Shown: piece after piece, positions 58,104 through 64,000 of the stretch
Numbering within the stretch: the stretch's first letter is position 1
How the letters are laid out: the number at the start of each line of letters is the position of its first letter
Origin: a bacterium
GTDB lineage: Bacteria > SAR324 > JACQKK01
Reading direction: 5' to 3'
Assembly (NCBI GenBank): GCA_965240465.1
Contig: OZ251219.1
Span: 352,001-416,000, forward strand
Length of the DNA stretch: 64,000 bases
The notes under the pieces: generated by a model
What the model saw: only the letters and a program-made list of their open reading frames with translations
The model's database searches: none
What the model was told of the DNA's origin: nothing
Made by a program: the position numbers and the translations under genes

Positions 58104-58859
58104 TCATCGGTCTTTATCCAGCCGAGTGCCTACCTCTTCGCCATTTACCAAGTGCAATAGTACATCGGGAGCATTAATATCAACCACCGCAATGGGAATA
58201 TCATGCTCACTACAAAAAGCCACCGCGGTAGCATCCATCACCTTAAGATCCCGAGACAATACTTCGCGGTAGCTGATGCGAGAAAACTTGCGAGCTGTTT
58301 TATTGGTGATTGGGTCGCTATCATAAATTCCGTCTACTTTGGTGGCTTTCACTAGCAAGTCGGCTTTCATTTCCGAAGCCCGCAAAGCCGCGGCGGTATC
58401 GGTGGTGAAGAAGGGATTCCCCGAACCAGCCGCGAACACCACCACTCTATTTTTGTCAAAATGCCTATCAGAGCGACGCTTAATGTAAGATTCAGCAATG
58501 GAGCGTAATTCAATCGCGGACATCACTCTGGTTTCTACCTGCAAGCGTTCCAAAGCCGACTGCAAGGCTAGGCTATTCATAACCGTAGCGAGCATGCCTA
58601 TTTGATCTGCTTGTTTTAAGAGATCAATACATTCTTCGCTTCTAGCTACCGCATCCATTTCTGGGGGGGCGTCTTTGGTACCCCGAAAAATGTTGCCTCC
58701 TCCCACCACTATCCCCAGTACCACCCCCATTTTATGAATTTCGGCTATTCGGACTGCTAACTGAAAAATAGTGGGATGATCAAAACCCCACTCCTTATCA
58801 CCAGCGAACATCTCACCGCTGAGCTTTAACAGCATGCGCTTAACAGGAGGAAAACCCAC
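58104..58859 (-). CDS. pyrH: UMP kinase
   Basis: LLKLSGE, VVGGGNIFRG, GMLATVMN, GNPFFTTDTAAALRA, KVDGIY. Confidence 0.95.
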   Translation of the reverse strand: MGFPPVKRMLLKLSGEMFAGDKEWGFDHPTIFQLAVRIAEIHKMGVVLGIVVGGGNIFRGTKDAPPEMDAVARSEECIDLLKQADQIGMLATVMNSLALQSALERLQVETRVMSAIELRSIAESYIKRRSDRHFDKNRVVVFAAGSGNPFFTTDTAAALRASEMKADLLVKATKVDGIYDSDPITNKTARKFSRISYREVLSRDLKVMDATAVAFCSEHDIPIAVVDINAPDVLLHLVNGEEVGTRLDKDR

Positions 58860-59211
58860 TTACAAAGCCACAATAAAGAACCACATCACCTACAAAAATA
58901 AGCCCATCTCGCAACCCCCCTCCTCGCACCTTCTCTCGCACCCTCTCCTCGCAACTGCACCCCTCAATACACCCCCCCCCCCACGCCCCTTTTTCTACCC
59001 ACGACTCTCGGCACCCGAAGCCCGCTCTCCCCTTTACACCAGCTCCCTCACACCAGCTCCCTCACACACGCTCCCTCACACACGCTCCCTCACACCAGCT
59101 CCCGTAGCTACCCGCAGGCTATCTTTACACTCTCAGCCTGAACTTGCAATGCCAAAATACAGAACAAAATACATAGCTCCTCGCCAGATATATCCACTCG
59201 CCTCAGCAAAC

Positions 59212-60135
59212 TTAAATTCGTAGTTTGATAAATGAATTCACCCTTATAGAAGCCCCCCACTGCCGACCCACCTCACCCAGCCATTGTTCCACCGATAACT
59301 GAGCATCCTTGACAAAAGGCTGTGCCAACAAAGCCACCTCTTTGACAAATTTTTGGAGGTGTCCAGAAATCATTTTTTCCAAGATTTCTGGTGGTTTATT
59401 GCTTTTTGCCACTTGAGAAATAAAGATTTCCTTCTTCTCAGCCAGCAGATTTTCATCTATTTCATCAGGATGAATGGCGATTATATCACTAGCAGCAATA
59501 TGCATGGCTAAATCGCGTCCTACTTCACGCAGTACCTGAGTATCAACGACATTGGTCACGACATTGGTCGCAGAAGCAGCTCGCTCCCCAAGGGATTGTC
59601 CCTCGAGAGATTGTCCCTCAGCAGGAGCTACCGACAGATTCACCAGCACCCCTATCTGCCGATCGGTATGTACATAAGACTCCACTATTCCTTCGGGAGT
59701 AGCCTCCAGCCTTTGAGTTTTTACCAGCTCTAGGTTTTCGCCCAGCCTGTGAGCAAAGCGAACTATGTACGACTGCACACTGCCATCGCCATCTGGAGCT
59801 GGCTGATCGGTAATATTGGCAGTATTTTCTAGAGCTTGTTTAGCCAGACCATCCAGCAATTTCACAAATTCTTCGTTGCGAGCCACGAAATCGGTCTCGC
59901 ACCCCAGCTGTATCATTACTCCCACTTTACCATCGGAGCTTAGAGCTACTGCCACCCCACCTTCTTGAGCAGACCTGCTAGACCTCTTTTGAAAAGATGC
60001 CAATCCCTTTTTCCGCAGATAATCTTTAGCACTTTCTATTTCTCCTTTGGAACTCAACAGGGCTTGCTTACATTCCATCATTCCTGCACCTGTTGCTATC
60101 CGTAGCTTTTTTACGGTTTTAGCATCAATGTTCAT
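59212..60135 (-). CDS. tsf: Translation elongation factor Ts
   Basis: VK.LR..TGAGMMECK.AL, CETDFVARN, AMHIAA, LLAQPFVKD. Confidence 0.95.
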   Translation of the reverse strand: MNIDAKTVKKLRIATGAGMMECKQALLSSKGEIESAKDYLRKKGLASFQKRSSRSAQEGGVAVALSSDGKVGVMIQLGCETDFVARNEEFVKLLDGLAKQALENTANITDQPAPDGDGSVQSYIVRFAHRLGENLELVKTQRLEATPEGIVESYVHTDRQIGVLVNLSVAPAEGQSLEGQSLGERAASATNVVTNVVDTQVLREVGRDLAMHIAASDIIAIHPDEIDENLLAEKKEIFISQVAKSNKPPEILEKMISGHLQKFVKEVALLAQPFVKDAQLSVEQWLGEVGRQWGASIRVNSFIKLRI

Positions 60136-60155
60136 TTTTTAGATCTCTCCATCCA

Positions 60156-61298
60156 CTAGGCATCCGCAGCTTTAGAGGATACCTTGGGGGACGTTTTCTT
60201 AGTCTTAACAGCTTTTCCATCCTCTGCCTTGCCTGTTGCCTTACCTTCTTCTGCCTTGCCTTCCTTTGCCTCGCCTGTTGCCTTGCCCTCTGCCTTGCCC
60301 TGGACTGATTTTTCCTCTACCGCCTTCTTTTGGATTGCTGGCTTCTTATCCTGGGCGGTCTTTTCCTCTACCGCCTTCTTTTGGACTGCTGGCTTCTTAT
60401 CCTGGGCGGTCTTTTCCCCTACCGCCTTCTTTTGGACTGCTGGCTTCTTATCCTGGGCGATTTTTTCTAAGTCCTCAATAATTTTGGCGGCTTCAGTTAC
60501 CTTGTCCTTGACTGCACTCAGGTCTACCGATGCCCCTTTAGCCGAGGACGATGCATTTTTTGGGTCGCCTAGGTCTGTTTTGTCGGTCAGCCCCAGTCTT
60601 TTTTGCTCGTCAAATATGGCACGTCCCTCCAACACCGCACTGGATATAACAAAGCTGTAAAGGCGAATAGCCCGTATGGAATCATCATTGCCAGGGATCG
60701 GATAATCAACCTCACAGGGGTTGCAATTGCTATCCACCACTGCCACCACTGGAATACCCAATACAGCCGATTCCTTAAGAGACAAATGCTCCTTTTTGCA
60801 GTCAATCACGAACAATAATTTAGGTAGCTTACGCATCTGCTTAATGCCCCCCAATACCATCTCTAGCTTTCGGCGTTGCTTTTCCAACAGCACTGCTTCC
60901 TTCTTGATAATCCCAGGCCAGCTGCCATCTGCTCCCCTTCTTTGATCCAGATTTTTTAGGCGAGTAATAGATTGCTTGACCGTATTGAAATTGGTCATCA
61001 ACCCCCCCAGCCAACGCTCATTGATATAAAAAGCTCCACAACGCTGAGCCTCTTCTGCGATGACCTCCTTAGCCTGATTCTTGGTAGCCACAAAAAGTAC
61101 CTGATTGCCCGTAGCACATTGCTCCCGCACAAAGGCATGAGCCTCCTTTAGACATCGCAAACTCTGCCTAAGATCAATGATGTGAATGCCGTCCTTAACC
61201 CCAAAAATATAGGGGCTCATTTTGGGACTCCAACGATGAGTGCGATGTCCAAAATGAACACCAGCCTCAATAAATTGTTTCACCGAAATAACAGTCAT
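60156..61298 (-). CDS. rpsB: 30S ribosomal protein S2 with long repetitive C-terminal extension
   Basis: EAGVHFGH, IHIIDL, RWLGG..TN, IPGNDD.IRAI; 17-aa unit (51 bp) x3 at about 60310-60459. Confidence 0.96.
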   Translation of the reverse strand: MTVISVKQFIEAGVHFGHRTHRWSPKMSPYIFGVKDGIHIIDLRQSLRCLKEAHAFVREQCATGNQVLFVATKNQAKEVIAEEAQRCGAFYINERWLGGLMTNFNTVKQSITRLKNLDQRRGADGSWPGIIKKEAVLLEKQRRKLEMVLGGIKQMRKLPKLLFVIDCKKEHLSLKESAVLGIPVVAVVDSNCNPCEVDYPIPGNDDSIRAIRLYSFVISSAVLEGRAIFDEQKRLGLTDKTDLGDPKNASSSAKGASVDLSAVKDKVTEAAKIIEDLEKIAQDKKPAVQKKAVGEKTAQDKKPAVQKKAVEEKTAQDKKPAIQKKAVEEKSVQGKAEGKATGEAKEGKAEEGKATGKAEDGKAVKTKKTSPKVSSKAADA

Positions 61299-61426
61299 AA
61301 ATTCACCATCTTAAATCCATTCACCGACAACCCAAGCAATTCGCCAGCACCAGTTGATAACAGTGAGCCAAATTGGCTATGAAAGCAAGTGTTTTTTAAG
61401 GGAGTGGAATGCTGGAGTACAAAAGT

Positions 61427-61712
61427 CTATCGCTCGCTTGCTTGTTGATTAAAAACAAAAGGGTCATACCAATAGCAACCGATACAAGTACCGTTATAGT
61501 CGCCACCACCTTTTACTTGTGCTTTTTCATATCCGAGTTTGGTAGCATCAAAACGCTTGCCTGTTTCCCTACATTTTTTGCAATGCTGTCGCTTGGCAAC
61601 ATTGACAGCTTTTGAGAGAGGCTGAAAATCACTTATTTTTACCTTATTGGCCATTTAAGCGGGGGTCATCCCGCCTGCCGTCTTTATGATCAATTTCAAC
61701 ACTGCTTATACA
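61427..61712 (-). pseudogene. Remnant of an IceA1/NlaIII-like HNH restriction endonuclease (N-terminally deleted and frameshifted)
   Basis: VEIDHKDGRRDDPRL in one frame (about 61655-61700), then DFQPLSK..N.AKRQHCKKC.ETG.RFDA...C.GCYWYDP in the next frame. Confidence 0.72.
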
Positions 61713-62470
61713 TAATTTAACTTATCCTTTGCACTTTTCACATATTTAGAATCTTTATCACACCCCGCAAAGCGTCTGTCTTTGTTATGGCAAGCAATGG
61801 CAGTGGTGCCACCTCCTAAGAAGGGATCAATTACTAGATCGCCTTGGTTGCTGTGTTTTTCCACCAGATTTTCAAATAGCCCCAAGGGTTTTTGAGTAGG
61901 ATGTACCCGTTTTCCGTTGTGTCTGGGGATTGGTAGTCGGTACACTCCATTATCATAAGAGCCATGGAAGGTGGGTTTGCCTCCCTTCACCCCGACCACC
62001 GCGATTTCCCGCGGGTTTGATAGATAAGTACTTCCCATATTAAGAGGCACGGGATTGGTTTTTTCCCAGATGAGTACTCGTAGCATTTTGAAGTTTGCCT
62101 TTTGCATTGCCTCTGCCAGATGGGATAATTTCCAAAAGTCATACCACACGATGGCAGTTCCCCCAGTTTTCAGGACCTGCATTAGATCCGTGCATAGGAT
62201 ATCAAGATTGATGGGTTCTAGGTCCCATTTACCGAATTCCATGTTCACCGCGAAACGCTTTACTCCGTTTTTCACCTGTTGGAAGCCGGTTTTTTTGCTG
62301 ATGGTATAGGGTGGGTCGGTGAGTACTAGGTCGGCTGTGCTTGGGGGCAGGTTTTGCATAAATTGGTGGAAGTCGTTTCTTTCAATGATGCACTGAGTAG
62401 CTTGGCGATGTTTAAGTAGTTCAGGATTTTGTTTGCCTAGTGCTTCTTTTTTGTTCGGTTTGCGGTTCAT
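61706..62470 (-). CDS. Beta-class N4/N6 DNA methyltransferase
   Basis: DLVLTDPPY, WEKTNPVP, HPTQKP, DPFLGGGTT. Confidence 0.9.
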   Translation of the reverse strand: MNRKPNKKEALGKQNPELLKHRQATQCIIERNDFHQFMQNLPPSTADLVLTDPPYTISKKTGFQQVKNGVKRFAVNMEFGKWDLEPINLDILCTDLMQVLKTGGTAIVWYDFWKLSHLAEAMQKANFKMLRVLIWEKTNPVPLNMGSTYLSNPREIAVVGVKGGKPTFHGSYDNGVYRLPIPRHNGKRVHPTQKPLGLFENLVEKHSNQGDLVIDPFLGGGTTAIACHNKDRRFAGCDKDSKYVKSAKDKLNYV

Positions 62471-62475
62471 AGCGA

Positions 62476-64000
62476 CTACCTACGCCTTTTGTTCTTTTTT
62501 CCCCAGTTAGGCAATTTGCTGGTTTGACTAGGAGCCGTACCAGTTGCCGAGCCTTCAGTTAGTTGAGCTTTGGCAGCGATGATTGGACCTGGGGATTCTG
62601 AGTCTGGTAGTTTTGGATTTAGGTTTGGATCGAAGTTTGTAGGGGTATCGGAGGGTTCACTGTAGACCAGTTTTTTGGAGGGGGATTTGGGTTTTGCGGG
62701 CAGTCGTATGCTGGGTTGGGTTCTGAAGCAGGCGGTGACGGTTTCTTCACTGATGCGTAGCATTAAGTTTTCAAAGATTTTAAAGCCTTCCCTTTTGTAT
62801 TCATCCAGGGGTTTTTTTTGAGCATAGCCGACCAGCCCGATGGCATCGCGTAAGTGATCCATGGACAGCAGATGATCTTTCCACAAGTGGTCGTGGATGC
62901 TGAGCATTATGTGTCTCAGGAAGTCGGAGGAGATTTCTTTTAGTTTATCATCGGAGGGTATTGACTGGGATATTTCAGTTAGGAGTCTATCTAGTTGGGA
63001 GCGTTTTTCTGCATAGCAGGTTTCCATTTGCTGTACTAGGGATTTACGCAGGATTTGGTCATCGTGGAGTGCGTTTTCATCCAGTTTTGGTGTTAGGCCG
63101 AATATATTCAGGAATTCCTCGGATAGTTCTTGCAGTTCCCATTCACTGGGAGAGATGCCTTCGGTATGCTGAAGTACCAATTGTTCCATCAGTTCATCTG
63201 CCATATCCAAGAAGGTATTTTCCACATCGGGACTCAGAATTTGGCGGCGTCGGGCATAGATGATTTCTCGCTGTCGGTTCATCACATCATCGTATTCCAG
63301 CACGTGCTTACGAAGTTCAAAATTATGGGCTTCCACTTTTTTCTGAGCGTTTTCGATTGCCCTGGACACCATGCCATGAGTAATTGCTTCATCATCGGGC
63401 ATGTGCAGGCGATTCATAAGGTTGGCGATTTTTTCTCCGCCAAAGATACGCATCAGATTGTCTTCCAACGAGAGATAGAAACGTGAGCAGCCTGGGTCTC
63501 CTTGCCGTCCTGAGCGTCCTCGTAATTGGTTATCAATACGGCGGCTTTCGTGCCTTTCGGTGCCCATGATAAACAGCCCTCCTACTTGGTTAACCTGTTT
63601 CCCGAGCTTGATGTCCGTCCCTCGCCCTGCCATGTTGGTGGCAATGGTCACCCGATTTTTTTCTCCTGCACTAGCAACGATGCTGGCTTCTTGTTCATGG
63701 TACTTAGCATTAAGCACGGTGTGTGGTACTCCCCGTTGTTTGAGCATGGCTGACAGTTCTTCTGAGGCTTCAATGGAAATAGTTCCCACTAGTATTGGTT
63801 GAGCGGTTTTATAAACTACCTCAATATCGTTCACTAGGGCGTCTTGCTTGGCTTTGTTGGTTTTGTAGACCAAATCTGGCTGATCTTGACGTACCATGGG
63901 TTTATTGGTGGGGACTACTAGTACGGGCATATTATAGATTCGGATAAATTCTTCTTCTTCGGTTTTGGCAGTGCCAGTCATGCCGCTGCGTTTTTTGTAC
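62476..64000 (-). CDS. secA: Preprotein translocase SecA, C-terminal part; gene starts beyond the window
   Basis: GMTGTA, LNAK.HE.EA, ATNMAGRGTDI, ERHESRRIDNQLRGRSGRQGDPG, YDDVMN.QR. Confidence 0.97.
   Translation of the reverse strand, partial: YKKRSGMTGTAKTEEEEFIRIYNMPVLVVPTNKPMVRQDQPDLVYKTNKAKQDALVNDIEVVYKTAQPILVGTISIEASEELSAMLKQRGVPHTVLNAKYHEQEASIVASAGEKNRVTIATNMAGRGTDIKLGKQVNQVGGLFIMGTERHESRRIDNQLRGRSGRQGDPGCSRFYLSLEDNLMRIFGGEKIANLMNRLHMPDDEAITHGMVSRAIENAQKKVEAHNFELRKHVLEYDDVMNRQREIIYARRRQILSPDVENTFLDMADELMEQLVLQHTEGISPSEWELQELSEEFLNIFGLTPKLDENALHDDQILRKSLVQQMETCYAEKRSQLDRLLTEISQSIPSDDKLKEISSDFLRHIMLSIHDHLWKDHLLSMDHLRDAIGLVGYAQKKPLDEYKREGFKIFENLMLRISEETVTACFRTQPSIRLPAKPKSPSKKLVYSEPSDTPTNFDPNLNPKLPDSESPGPIIAAKAQLTEGSATGTAPSQTSKLPNWGKKNKRRR

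Noticed and set aside
58834-59223. 129-aa Pro/Ser/Thr-rich plus-strand ORF between pyrH and tsf
   Set aside because: Antisense to the operon, low-complexity C-rich sequence that lacks stops for compositional reasons, no recognisable motifs.
60184-60660. Hydrophobic repetitive plus-strand ORFs
   Set aside because: Antisense shadows of the rpsB repeat tail.

Overview
Bacterial chromosomal window, mostly housekeeping genes: lysA, gcvT, murE, tRNA-Gln, an LpoA-like/SurA/hemC block, pgk, gap, ribBA-ribH, cca, leuS, birA, a partial type II secretion cluster (gspL-M-N, mltG, gspF-G-H-I-J-K), ugd, a caa3-type oxidase operon, a divergent mraY, frr-pyrH-tsf-rpsB and the 3' part of secA. The gene set looks delta-proteobacterial/SAR324-like rather than spirochetal; this is an impression, not a tested result. 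The stand-out locus is 40.3-48.1 kb on the minus strand. Two paralogs of the spirochete cytoplasmic filament protein CfpA flank (i) a pyruvate-phosphate-dikinase-like protein that keeps the phospho-histidine but has lost most ATP-site and PEP/pyruvate-site catalytic residues, (ii) a small protein that aligns by eye to the HPr phosphocarrier fold with its His retained, and (iii) an interrupted hypothetical gene. This suggests a cytoskeletal filament system coupled to a degenerate PTS-like His-phosphorelay. Other window-wide signals are many short tandem repeats (often 13-16 bp units, several carrying a start codon, RBS or -35 box), tandem duplications of gene 3' ends at convergent junctions, a saw-tooth strand skew that resets at intergenic boundaries, a methyltransferase-HNH fusion, a decayed IceA1/NlaIII-like endonuclease and a frameshifted glycosyltransferase. 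All family assignments are from motif recognition by eye; no searches were run.
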